Shown here in pieces: positions 38,573-47,820 of a DNA stretch of 64,000 nucleotides. Positions within the stretch are counted from its first letter, which is position 1; each line of letters starts with the position of its first letter. The stretch is from Staphylococcus phage LY01: the sequence record OR836606.1; one strand, written 5' to 3'. A model generated the notes under the pieces. The model saw only the letters and a list, made by a program, of their open reading frames with translations. It had not been told where the DNA came from and searched no databases. Made by a program: the position numbers and the translations under genes.

Positions 38573-39781
38573 TTATTGAACTACAATCAAATTCTTTTTA
38601 GCACGAGTGATAGCTGTGTATAATGACTTAAATCTATCTTTACTCATATTTTCACTAAATACTATTACATTATCAAATTCAGAACCTTGAGATTTATGAA
38701 TAGTGATTCCGTATGCAAAATTAAATGGATTTACTTTCATACCAAAATCAGACATCTCAGTTACATATCGTTTCTTAAATATTTTATTAATTTCATTATC
38801 TCTGTGTCTTAGATCAAATAATTCTTGTTGATCTCCAATAGTGCCTTCAAAAATTAAATCATCATAATATATTCTACTAAATCTTTCCTTTTCAAAACCT
38901 TTAGGTTTAAAATCCATTTGAGTTGATTTAGTCATAGGTTTTTTCTTACCAGATCTAGTTATATTTCCAATTAGACCGTTAGTTAAATATTGAGTTATAT
39001 CACCTTCATTAACTACTTTAGACCAATTATTTTTTAAACACATAATTTTTTCATCCTCTTTAGGGAATGGATTATTTTCAACATCGATATTTAATATTTG
39101 ACTTCTATAGAATCTATTAAATTGATCTACCGTTCTATTATAGCTCATTAAAACTTGATCTGCATTCTTATACATGTCTAAAGTTAATTCATCTGAAGTA
39201 ATTACATGTACATTATCTCCATAAGAACCGTATTCTAAATCTTTACCATTACGAACTAAATTAGCTGCAACAAGTATAGGATTATCTAATGACTGTCTTA
39301 CTGGTTCATCTAAGAATATGTCAGGTTTATCTAATAATTCATTTCTTCCTGATAAGCTTTTAAGCTGTGCGGGGTCTCCTAAACAAAGTATAGGTATACC
39401 AAAACTTTGAATTTCTTCTATCATCTTCATAGGAACCATTGAAACTTCGTCTATGATTATTAACTTAATATCACTTGGTAACTCATCTTTTAATGTAAAA
39501 TTTACTTTACCAGTTTTCTCATCCATAAAATGATTATAAATAGTTCTATGGATTGTAGTTGCATTTAATCCTCTTTTGACTAACACACCTGCAGCCATTC
39601 CTGTATATGCTATAAAAGAAACATTAGCTTCATGTAAACCTAAAGAATCGATTATTTTAGTCATTGTATAGGACTTCCCACTTCCAGCGATGCCTGATAA
39701 TACAAAAGGTCTATGACTATCATTATTATACCATTCTTTAGCTAATCTTAACCCTTCTTCTTGTTTTTTATTTAACCCCAT
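38573..39781 (-). CDS. Dda-like SF1B DNA helicase (RecD/UvrD family)
   Basis: Walker A GIAGSGKS, Walker B IIIDEVSM, GDPAQL, helicase motifs V/VI YGITIHKSQGSEFDNV and LYTAITRAKKNL; start set to the ATG (MGLNKK) 18 nt inside the TTG-initiated ORF-track call. Confidence 0.8.
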   Translation of the reverse strand: MGLNKKQEEGLRLAKEWYNNDSHRPFVLSGIAGSGKSYTMTKIIDSLGLHEANVSFIAYTGMAAGVLVKRGLNATTIHRTIYNHFMDEKTGKVNFTLKDELPSDIKLIIIDEVSMVPMKMIEEIQSFGIPILCLGDPAQLKSLSGRNELLDKPDIFLDEPVRQSLDNPILVAANLVRNGKDLEYGSYGDNVHVITSDELTLDMYKNADQVLMSYNRTVDQFNRFYRSQILNIDVENNPFPKEDEKIMCLKNNWSKVVNEGDITQYLTNGLIGNITRSGKKKPMTKSTQMDFKPKGFEKERFSRIYYDDLIFEGTIGDQQELFDLRHRDNEINKIFKKRYVTEMSDFGMKVNPFNFAYGITIHKSQGSEFDNVIVFSENMSKDRFKSLYTAITRAKKNLIVVQ

Positions 39782-39799
39782 TATCTTAATACACCTCAA

Positions 39800-40125
39800 T
39801 CAAATTTATTATATTTTTAAACGTCATTGATCTTTAATTAATATAAATTGGTTATTCAGATTTTATAAAATTTTTACTTATAAATTTTTAAAATTCTGTA
39901 CTAATATATTACTTATATTAGTAAGTAATTATAAATTTAATAATTAGTATTAATATAAATATTATTAATAAATATATTTTTAATTAATAAAATATATTAA
40001 TACTTTGGATCATAGAAAACTCTAATAATAAAAATTTATAAACTTCAATTAATAATATAAATATATATTATTTTAATGGAGTTAGTAAGAATATTAACTT
40101 CAAATAATTTTATATAAGGAGAGAT
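39800..40125. promoter_or_regulatory. ~330 bp extremely AT-rich divergent intergenic region with inverted and direct repeats (tactaatatattacttatattagtaagta; ttaataa iterons); likely divergent promoters, possibly an origin-like region
   Basis: Longest non-coding stretch in the window, between divergently transcribed helicase and plus-strand genes; palindrome and repeated ATTAATAA units visible. Confidence 0.4.
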
Positions 40126-40131
40126 TTGGAT

Positions 40132-41016
40132 ATGGCAATTACAAGAAAGAAAATTACAAAAGAAAAAGAGGATTTAACTGTATTAGAATCGGCTAAGATC
40201 AAATTATCAGAGGAACAAGGATATGAGGGAGATACAATTACATTTGATATCGAAACTATTCCAGAGAAATATGACAGAAAGAATTTAGTTTTAATCCCTG
40301 AAGATGATAATGTTATTAAGATTAATTATGATAAAAAAGAAATTTTCATCAATTCAGATGAACTTAAAGATGTTGAAATTAATCTTAAAGATATTCCAAC
40401 AGAAAGTTCTTATGATAAAGTAACTGTAACAGCTTCAGGTATAAATCCAGAAAAAGCAAAAGAAATTAAGCAAAAAGAAACTAAGCAAGAAGAAGTTAAA
40501 GAAGAAGTTAAGAATCCAGTATTAAAAGAGAAAAAACAAAGTACAAAAGCTAAATCAAATCAGAAGGTTGGTAAAAAGAAAATGACTAATAAAAAGAAGA
40601 ATGTTAAAAAATTCAGTGAGAAATCTTATACTAAAGAAGAACTTATTAACGACTTATTATTAAATCTAGAAGAGAATGAATATTCTAAAAAAGAATTAAG
40701 TGATATTATTAATAAAATTGATGAACTTAGAGAAAATGCATTAGTTAAAGGTAAAACAGTAACTATGAAAAATGTACATTTCTCTCGTAAATTAGTTAAA
40801 GGTCGTATTCATAACGCTAAAATGGAAACAATTAAACAAGCATCATTTGTACCACCTCATATTGCTATGGTAGCTAAAGTGGAAAATGAAGATAAAAAAG
40901 TAATTAAAGGTGAAGAAATTAATAAAGATAACTTTAAAACAGATGATGGTAAAGATATTAAAGTTTCAGATGTCAATGCCAAATATGAAGAAGAATACAA
41001 AAAACGTTTTAGATAA
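40132..41016 (+). CDS. hypothetical Lys/Glu-rich protein (~294 aa)
   Basis: ATG at 40132 with AAGGAGAG RBS (ORF track starts at an upstream TTG). Confidence 0.5.
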   Translation: MAITRKKITKEKEDLTVLESAKIKLSEEQGYEGDTITFDIETIPEKYDRKNLVLIPEDDNVIKINYDKKEIFINSDELKDVEINLKDIPTESSYDKVTVTASGINPEKAKEIKQKETKQEEVKEEVKNPVLKEKKQSTKAKSNQKVGKKKMTNKKKNVKKFSEKSYTKEELINDLLLNLEENEYSKKELSDIINKIDELRENALVKGKTVTMKNVHFSRKLVKGRIHNAKMETIKQASFVPPHIAMVAKVENEDKKVIKGEEINKDNFKTDDGKDIKVSDVNAKYEEEYKKRFR

Positions 41017-41045
41017 GACCAATTAAAAATATGGGGGAATTGTCA

Positions 41046-41699
41046 ATGAAACATTTTTATAAGAAAAGAGAATCTATTGAATTAGATTTAAAAGCTATGT
41101 ATACAAATCATGTAGATGTAATTTCTCGTTACGATTTTGGTGATGAGGAGTTACATCAAATGGTAGATAGATTCATACCTCAAATAGTTGAAGAAATTCA
41201 TGAATTCAATTATGAAATAAATCAAATTACTAATAATCCTGAATGCAATCAATCTCGAAAGTTTGAATATATTAATAATGCATCAAAAGAATTATTAGAT
41301 ATTGTCCTTTACTTAATATCTATCAATTCAACATTATTAAGTAAGTATATGGACAATAAATTTCTTCAAAAAGATATTATCAATTATAATGAGACTCTCC
41401 TTTTAGCTAACGATAAAAGTATTAATGATTATAATAGACTTAATGGTATTAAAATGAAATTGAATGAATATTTAGTTGAATATATGGGATTGATTAGACG
41501 TTCATTACCTAATAGAAAATATCATCAAGATAAAGAAGAAATTAGTCAAGAAGAACAAAATAAAATAGTGAATAATTCATTTTATATCACTCACAAAATG
41601 ATCGTATCTTTATTAGATACATTATTTACTAATTTAGTTTATACTAAAAATCTAGATGATGTATTGAATAAAATACAAGATGTAGTTAAAAATAAATAA
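41046..41699 (+). CDS. hypothetical protein (~217 aa)
   Basis: ORF track; start probably MKHFYKK. Confidence 0.45.
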   Translation: MKHFYKKRESIELDLKAMYTNHVDVISRYDFGDEELHQMVDRFIPQIVEEIHEFNYEINQITNNPECNQSRKFEYINNASKELLDIVLYLISINSTLLSKYMDNKFLQKDIINYNETLLLANDKSINDYNRLNGIKMKLNEYLVEYMGLIRRSLPNRKYHQDKEEISQEEQNKIVNNSFYITHKMIVSLLDTLFTNLVYTKNLDDVLNKIQDVVKNK

Positions 41700-41706
41700 T
41701 ATTAAT

Positions 41707-41772
41707 TCATCCTAACACATTTAGTCCTTAACTGGATTATTTGTGTTAGGATGAATATTTTATTTTTTTTTT
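41707..41772 (+). terminator. rho-independent terminator: hairpin catcctaacaca...tgtgttaggatg plus 13-nt T-run
   Basis: 12 bp stem and long T tract. Confidence 0.7.
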
Positions 41773-41851
41773 ATCTTTTAATTTAATCTATATGATTCTG
41801 ATAGAAACATATATGTATTAAGAAAATCATGTTAGGGGGGAATTATGAAAC

Positions 41852-44800
41852 TTGGCTAAAAATAATAAAAATAAAAAGAATATTAGACAATTAGAAAATA
41901 ACAATAAATCAACTGTTATTAAAAATTCTTCTAAAAATACCGGCCGTATTCTTTTTAATGCGTTTATAAAATCTAACCCGTCATTAGATGCTATAGTGGG
42001 AGATTCAGGTTTAAAATTATTTAACAATGATGAAAGAAGATTAAAAAATTTTTCTGAAGTTAAAGGTTCTACTAATGATCTAATAAAAACTTTAAAAAAT
42101 AAATCTAATGAAAACGATCTTTTTTCAAGTAGTAATGAAAAATTATCTAATGAAAAACCTGAATATGAATCAGTAACAGAATATATTGATAATCCTGATG
42201 GAACTAAATCTGAAATTGTTAGTCTGTCAGATAAAAAGAAATCTAAAATAACAAATTCACCTCTAATAGCGATGAATAATTTGGCTGAGATAAATCAAAG
42301 AGGATTTGTTGGAACGAATATTGCAATGAACAATTATTCTCTATCAATACAAGCAACTAATAGCCTTATATATTCAGCCTTATCAAATTTAAGTACAATA
42401 CAAAATGGTATATATCAAAATACTCTAATGGAAGAAAATACTAAAAGAGATAAACAATCTAAATTACAATCCATAATAAATGGAAATATTAGTTTATTAA
42501 AATATTTAGATGAGAAAACTAATCCTGAAAATTTATTAATGGGTATGATGACCGGAGAACAACTTAAATCAATGTTAATGGGAGTAGCTAAAAACCCTAT
42601 TGAATTTGCTGCAACTCAAGGAGCTAAAATTGCATTTAATAAACTTCTATATGGTGATATTGGCGGGTATGATCCTGAAGGTAGTAATAAAAACATATTT
42701 AACAGATTGAATAAAAGATTTGATCCTCAAAATATAGGATCTATGCTTATTAATAGAAATCTTGTTGAAGATAATAAACTTACTAAAGGTTTAGAAAGAT
42801 TAACCGGTAATGATAATAAGTATATATCTAATTTAGGAAATGCTCTTTCAGATAGACTAAATCAATTAAAAGAAGAAGTATTGGGTGACGGTAAGGGCAG
42901 TATTTCTCTAAAAAATAAACGTAAAAAAGATACTCCGGTTCAATTTGATATGGAATCTCATACGTCTATTAATAAAGTTATACCGGACTTCTTATCTAGA
43001 ATTCAAGGTAATTTGATAGCTAAAAAAGAAGGTCGTTCAGGCGGATTAGCAGATAATGCTGAATTAGGTAGTATTTATAATTATCGAAAAGGTATTTGGG
43101 AAAATCGAAGATCTGCTAAGAAAAATGCATTAGATGAAATTAAATCAGAATCTTTATTCAATTTTAAAGATACTTATTTAGGTAAAGAATTATTATCTAA
43201 ATTAGATAATGATGAAGAAAGAACTAAAGAAGTTTTAACTGAATTAACTAAAATAGACAAACCTATTAAAGAAATTTCTAAACTTAAAGAGATAATTAAT
43301 CAAAAAAATATAAATGTTAGCACTGAATCATTATCGGAAGTGTTTGAAAAGAATTCAGCTAAATTCAATACTGATTTATTCAATATTAAGAAATCTATTT
43401 CAAATACTCTTGATAAAAAAGATAATTCAAGAATAATGTCATTTACTGAAATAGAAGGTTTAAATAAATCTAATTCAACATATTCTAGATCTAACAATGA
43501 TGATGATATTAATCAGATTAAAGATTTTGGCAATATTAACTGGGAAAATAGTGATTTAGAAGAAATTAAAAATATTTTCTTAGAAATAGAAAGAAAATTA
43601 AATAATGACTTCAGTAGCGGTAATATTAATAATAATAAAGAATTTATTAATAATAAAGTCGATACAATCAATAATATTATAGACAAAGGCAAAATTTTCT
43701 CTGTTTTAAGTGGGAATAATGAATCTCATGCTTCTGTAATGGATAAGTTAAATAGTCTTTCTAATGCAGTTAATAAAGCTAAAGAATATAAAGAAAATCC
43801 TACAAGTGCTATTAAAGATATAGCCTCTTCCTTAACTAACAGTGTCAGTCTTCCTCAAGAAAACAACCAATTAATGCGAAATAATGAATATCAATATCAA
43901 AATGTAAATCATCAATCTAGCATTATAGATAATAATCCAGTAATGGATTTAATGAATAATATTCCCGTCTTAAATAGTTTAACGATTAATAACAATGAAG
44001 CTAATAAAGATGCTTACATTAAAGAACCAAGTAAAACTATAGATGATTTAACCAAAGAAGAAAAAGAAAAGAAAGCTAAAAGCACGATAATTGATTTAGT
44101 TAACACTGCTTTTGGTAATGACCCAACTATTAAAAAAGATATGGAAGATTCCCAAGATACTGGAGCTTTAGAAAGAATGAAACAAGGTCTTTCAACTGCT
44201 GATGCTGGAAAACTTGGAGAAAATGTTATGTCTACAATGACTGGGTCTAGTAAGAAAGAAATTGCTGAATCTATTAGAGGTAATATAAACTTTGGAAAAG
44301 GCGGAGAAGCTGAGAAATCTATTGGCACTAAAAAGATGATGAACGGAATGCTTGATTTTAGTAAAATGGGACCAGTTTTATTTGCTGGAACTTCTGCAGC
44401 TGTATTAGGTTCATTAATGAAAGGTAGAAATAGTAAGAAAGATTTAGAAGTCAGTGAAAAAGGATTTTTATCATCTGCTGGAGGATTTTTAGGTAACGCC
44501 GCTATGCTAGGTGCTGGAGGATTCTTGGCTGCTAAATTTGGTCCTAAACTATTATCTAAATTATTACCGGGTGGAGTAGGTAAATTCTTCACTAGTATGC
44601 CTGGTATGTTAGGTAAAATAGGCGGCGGAATTAAAAATATAGCTGGGAAATTTGGATTAGGAAAATTATTTAGAGGTATTAAAGGTGCTCCTAAAAAAAT
44701 AGGTAACGTATTTAAAGGTATTGGAAAATTTGCTAAAGATAAACTACCTACTGTTAAGTCTTTAGGTAAAATGGTTATAGGTAAAGGTGCAGGATTGGTT

Positions 44801-47797
44801 AAAAAGGGATTAAGTACCGGTAAAACTATAGGTAAAGTAGCTAAAAGTGGTATATCTAAGATATTTAATAAAAAGAATGCTTCAGCTGCTACTAAAGGAT
44901 TAAGCAAATTTGCTTCTAAAGGTTTTAACAGAGCTAAATCTATCGGTAAAGGTTTATTTGGTGGTTCTAAGAAACTTGGAGGGAAAGCTTTTGGTGCTAT
45001 AGGTAAAGCTAAAAATAAATTATTTGGTAAAGGTGCAGCGAAAGCTGGAGGAAAATTTGCATTAAAGGCAGGATTGAAAACAGCATTACCATTCATACCA
45101 TTTGTTGGACCAGTGATTGGTGCAGCGATGTGGGCTCCTGATATCATTAAGACTATTAAACACCCTATAGAATCATTAAAACATCCAATTAAAACATTGG
45201 GCAGCTTTTTCGGAATTGGAGAACATCCAGGTGATAAAATAGAAGATGAAGCTAAAAGTAAAGAAGAAAAACATACTGAAGATGAAACAGGTTTAGGACG
45301 ACTAATATTAAGCACGACTAAGCTAATGTTTAGAGCTTCCCCTATGTTCCCACTAGCTAAAGTTGGAGGGAATATGTTTAAAACAGTTACTGATAATAAA
45401 ATGCAATCCGGTCCAAAAGCTGAAGAAAATATTCAAAAAGATATATTCATGAGCACTCCTTTAGGTAGTTTATATCAAATTGCTAAAGGCGGAATCGATT
45501 TCTCTAAATATGGTAAAGGTGAAATTGGAGATTGGTTCAGTCGTTTCTTAGTTAAAATGGAAGAAATGGTTGTTGCAATGTCTAAAATGAGAAATTCTAG
45601 TGGTTCTGGAAGTTCAAGTGGTAGTAGCTCAGGTGGAGATCAGCTTAAAGGAGATGAAATAGAAATAGATAAAAATGCTCCTTCTATTACTTCACAAGGT
45701 ATTTTAAATAAAATACCTGATGACGCTGCCGGCGCTTGGTTGAAGAAACATGAGTTCTGGCAACCATTTGGTAATTATCAAGGATTAGCATTTAATGGAA
45801 GCTCAAAACACTGGGGTATAGATATTGGTATGCCTACAGGAACTGATGTATTGGCAATTGTACCGGGTACTGTTTCTAATGTCTTCGTTGATCATGGCGG
45901 AGGTAATATAATAGAGATTAAAAATGGCGGAATATACACTTGGTATATGCATAATAGTAAAATAATTGCCAAAAAAGGTGACAAAGTCCAAGTAGGTCAA
46001 AAAATCTCAGTTTCAGGTAATACAGGAGCTCAAACAACCGCACCTCACCTTCACTTCCAAGTCATGAAAGGTAGACCTTCAAATGAAACTGCTATAGATC
46101 CAGCACCATATGTTTTCGCAAAAGTTAAAGGAAAAGGCGGAGACAAAGATGATGATAAAAAATCTGATAGTAGTGCTAAAAAAAGTAAGAAGAAAAAAGG
46201 TGATGATGGCGGTGGACACTCTGTTATCGGTGATTTAAATTCACATTCCATTCAGAGGGATATTAAAAGAAAAAGAGCTCAAGATATTAAAAATAGAAAA
46301 ATCCAAGATCGCGTTATTAGACGAGAAGAACAAAGCTTAGCTAAGGCTGAAAGAGAAGACGCATTAAATGTTAAAAAAGTAGCCAAAAAAGTTAATAATA
46401 TATTCAAGAAATTAAAAGATTTAAAAGGAACTAAAGGTACACTTAAATCTTCAAATCAATTTAATAAAGTATTAATTGTTGGTGATGATACAATTAATGA
46501 TGCATCCGTAGATCTTAAAAAGAAAATTAAAGGTGCTAAAGTCGAATCTTCTAATGGTAAAGCATATAGTTTTGGACCATCATCAGGTAGAAAAATACTT
46601 CAAGAAAATGTTTCTGAATATAATAAGAAAGGTATAGCTATTGTTATACAGCTAGGTATGAATGGTGGATTATCGACAGGAGAAGTTACAGAAATACAAC
46701 ATATGTATGATAAAGCACATGTATACTTTGTGACTAATGCAATTAGTAAAAAATTAGAGAATGATACAGAACTATCTAATGCAATAGATGATCTGAATGA
46801 TTCATTAAAGATGTCTGCTGAAAATATAATCGAATGGGATAAAAAAGCATCTGAATCATTGTTTAATGAAGACGGAATCACTCTTAATAATAGAGGTAGA
46901 ATGATCTTTGTTGATCTTATTAAATTGTATATAAACCCATATATTGGCGGAGGCGGTAGCTCTGATGAAGAAAAAATAGATAAGGATATAGATAAAGAAG
47001 AATCTAAAGCTGAGAAGAAAAAATCTAAAGAAAAAGATGAAGAGGAAAATAATGAAGAAACTTCAGATGATGAAGATAAAGGCTCTTCTGCCGAAGGATC
47101 TTCTGAGTATAGTTTTAAAAATGGTACTTGGTACGGATCTATAACTGGAAGAGATGATAGAAGAATGGATGAAGAAGAACAAGAGGAATTAAATGATCGT
47201 TTAATGAAACGATACGCTAAAATTTATGGCATTGATTACGAAGAAGCTAAAAGAATTGATCAAGAACAACAAGAAAAGAAAAAATCTGAAGCAGGAAACA
47301 AAAAGTCTGAATCAAGTGCATCAAGTTCTAATAGCGATAGTTCTTCTGAAAATTCATCAAATAATTCTAGTTCCTCAGCATCAACTTCTAAACCAAATAG
47401 CAATGTAAATATCGGAAACCCTCCTATATTCCAATTACCTACATTAGCTAACAGCGGATTTTCCAATATTAATAGAGGTAATAATACTTTTAATAATCAA
47501 GGTAGTAAAAATACTCAAACAATTAATAATAATTATCAAACCGGACAAAGTGGTATTATTAATAATGAAAAAGTAAATAAAGAATTTATAAAAGGTAAGA
47601 ATAGAGTAACTAACCATTATAATAAAATTGTAAATAATCATAAAAATTCTAAAATTGAAAATGGCAATTCTGGTTATACTTATGATTATGAAAAATTATG
47701 GTATTCAGATGATTTAGTAAGAATGTTAGCTAATATTGATAGAAACACATTAGAGTCTACTAAAGAATTAGATCGTTTATTAGAAGAATTGAAATAG
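41852..47797 (+). CDS. giant virion-associated protein 1 (1981 aa), tape-measure-like, with Gly/Lys-rich repeat region and C-terminal-proximal M23 (LytM-type) peptidase domain
   Basis: TTG GCT start after GGGGGG RBS; M23 motifs HWGIDIGMPTGTDV (HxxxD) and HLHFQV (HxH); GK(x)nGK repeats; Ser/Gly linkers; shared modules with the next gene. Confidence 0.7.
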   Translation: MAKNNKNKKNIRQLENNNKSTVIKNSSKNTGRILFNAFIKSNPSLDAIVGDSGLKLFNNDERRLKNFSEVKGSTNDLIKTLKNKSNENDLFSSSNEKLSNEKPEYESVTEYIDNPDGTKSEIVSLSDKKKSKITNSPLIAMNNLAEINQRGFVGTNIAMNNYSLSIQATNSLIYSALSNLSTIQNGIYQNTLMEENTKRDKQSKLQSIINGNISLLKYLDEKTNPENLLMGMMTGEQLKSMLMGVAKNPIEFAATQGAKIAFNKLLYGDIGGYDPEGSNKNIFNRLNKRFDPQNIGSMLINRNLVEDNKLTKGLERLTGNDNKYISNLGNALSDRLNQLKEEVLGDGKGSISLKNKRKKDTPVQFDMESHTSINKVIPDFLSRIQGNLIAKKEGRSGGLADNAELGSIYNYRKGIWENRRSAKKNALDEIKSESLFNFKDTYLGKELLSKLDNDEERTKEVLTELTKIDKPIKEISKLKEIINQKNINVSTESLSEVFEKNSAKFNTDLFNIKKSISNTLDKKDNSRIMSFTEIEGLNKSNSTYSRSNNDDDINQIKDFGNINWENSDLEEIKNIFLEIERKLNNDFSSGNINNNKEFINNKVDTINNIIDKGKIFSVLSGNNESHASVMDKLNSLSNAVNKAKEYKENPTSAIKDIASSLTNSVSLPQENNQLMRNNEYQYQNVNHQSSIIDNNPVMDLMNNIPVLNSLTINNNEANKDAYIKEPSKTIDDLTKEEKEKKAKSTIIDLVNTAFGNDPTIKKDMEDSQDTGALERMKQGLSTADAGKLGENVMSTMTGSSKKEIAESIRGNINFGKGGEAEKSIGTKKMMNGMLDFSKMGPVLFAGTSAAVLGSLMKGRNSKKDLEVSEKGFLSSAGGFLGNAAMLGAGGFLAAKFGPKLLSKLLPGGVGKFFTSMPGMLGKIGGGIKNIAGKFGLGKLFRGIKGAPKKIGNVFKGIGKFAKDKLPTVKSLGKMVIGKGAGLVKKGLSTGKTIGKVAKSGISKIFNKKNASAATKGLSKFASKGFNRAKSIGKGLFGGSKKLGGKAFGAIGKAKNKLFGKGAAKAGGKFALKAGLKTALPFIPFVGPVIGAAMWAPDIIKTIKHPIESLKHPIKTLGSFFGIGEHPGDKIEDEAKSKEEKHTEDETGLGRLILSTTKLMFRASPMFPLAKVGGNMFKTVTDNKMQSGPKAEENIQKDIFMSTPLGSLYQIAKGGIDFSKYGKGEIGDWFSRFLVKMEEMVVAMSKMRNSSGSGSSSGSSSGGDQLKGDEIEIDKNAPSITSQGILNKIPDDAAGAWLKKHEFWQPFGNYQGLAFNGSSKHWGIDIGMPTGTDVLAIVPGTVSNVFVDHGGGNIIEIKNGGIYTWYMHNSKIIAKKGDKVQVGQKISVSGNTGAQTTAPHLHFQVMKGRPSNETAIDPAPYVFAKVKGKGGDKDDDKKSDSSAKKSKKKKGDDGGGHSVIGDLNSHSIQRDIKRKRAQDIKNRKIQDRVIRREEQSLAKAEREDALNVKKVAKKVNNIFKKLKDLKGTKGTLKSSNQFNKVLIVGDDTINDASVDLKKKIKGAKVESSNGKAYSFGPSSGRKILQENVSEYNKKGIAIVIQLGMNGGLSTGEVTEIQHMYDKAHVYFVTNAISKKLENDTELSNAIDDLNDSLKMSAENIIEWDKKASESLFNEDGITLNNRGRMIFVDLIKLYINPYIGGGGSSDEEKIDKDIDKEESKAEKKKSKEKDEEENNEETSDDEDKGSSAEGSSEYSFKNGTWYGSITGRDDRRMDEEEQEELNDRLMKRYAKIYGIDYEEAKRIDQEQQEKKKSEAGNKKSESSASSSNSDSSSENSSNNSSSSASTSKPNSNVNIGNPPIFQLPTLANSGFSNINRGNNTFNNQGSKNTQTINNNYQTGQSGIINNEKVNKEFIKGKNRVTNHYNKIVNNHKNSKIENGNSGYTYDYEKLWYSDDLVRMLANIDRNTLESTKELDRLLEELK
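45140..45240 (+). repeat. conserved module PDIIKTIKHPIESLKHPIKTLGSFFGIG, repeated in the paralog at 50290-50390
   Basis: Near-identical peptide and nucleotide segment in both giant genes. Confidence 0.6.
47102..47315 (+). repeat. ~215 nt repeat (SEYSFKNGTWYGSITGRDDRRMDEEEQEELNDRLMKRYAKIYGIDYEEAKRIDQEQQEKKKSE) duplicated at 52528-52745
   Basis: Most codons shared over ~70 aa; both copies precede Ser/Gly/Asn-rich C-terminal tails. Confidence 0.65.
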
Positions 47798-47820
47798 ATA
47801 ACAGGAGGTGGAACTAATAA

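Noticed and set aside
44014-45315. 433-aa minus-strand ORF antisense to giant protein 1, and other 60-150 aa ORFs inside large genes on the opposite strand (e.g. 1758-2039, 7673-7891, 29672-30085, 49929-50372)
   Set aside because: They are low-complexity reverse-frame translations of Gly/Lys-rich or AT-rich coding sequence with no RBS, and are nested in clearly coding genes.
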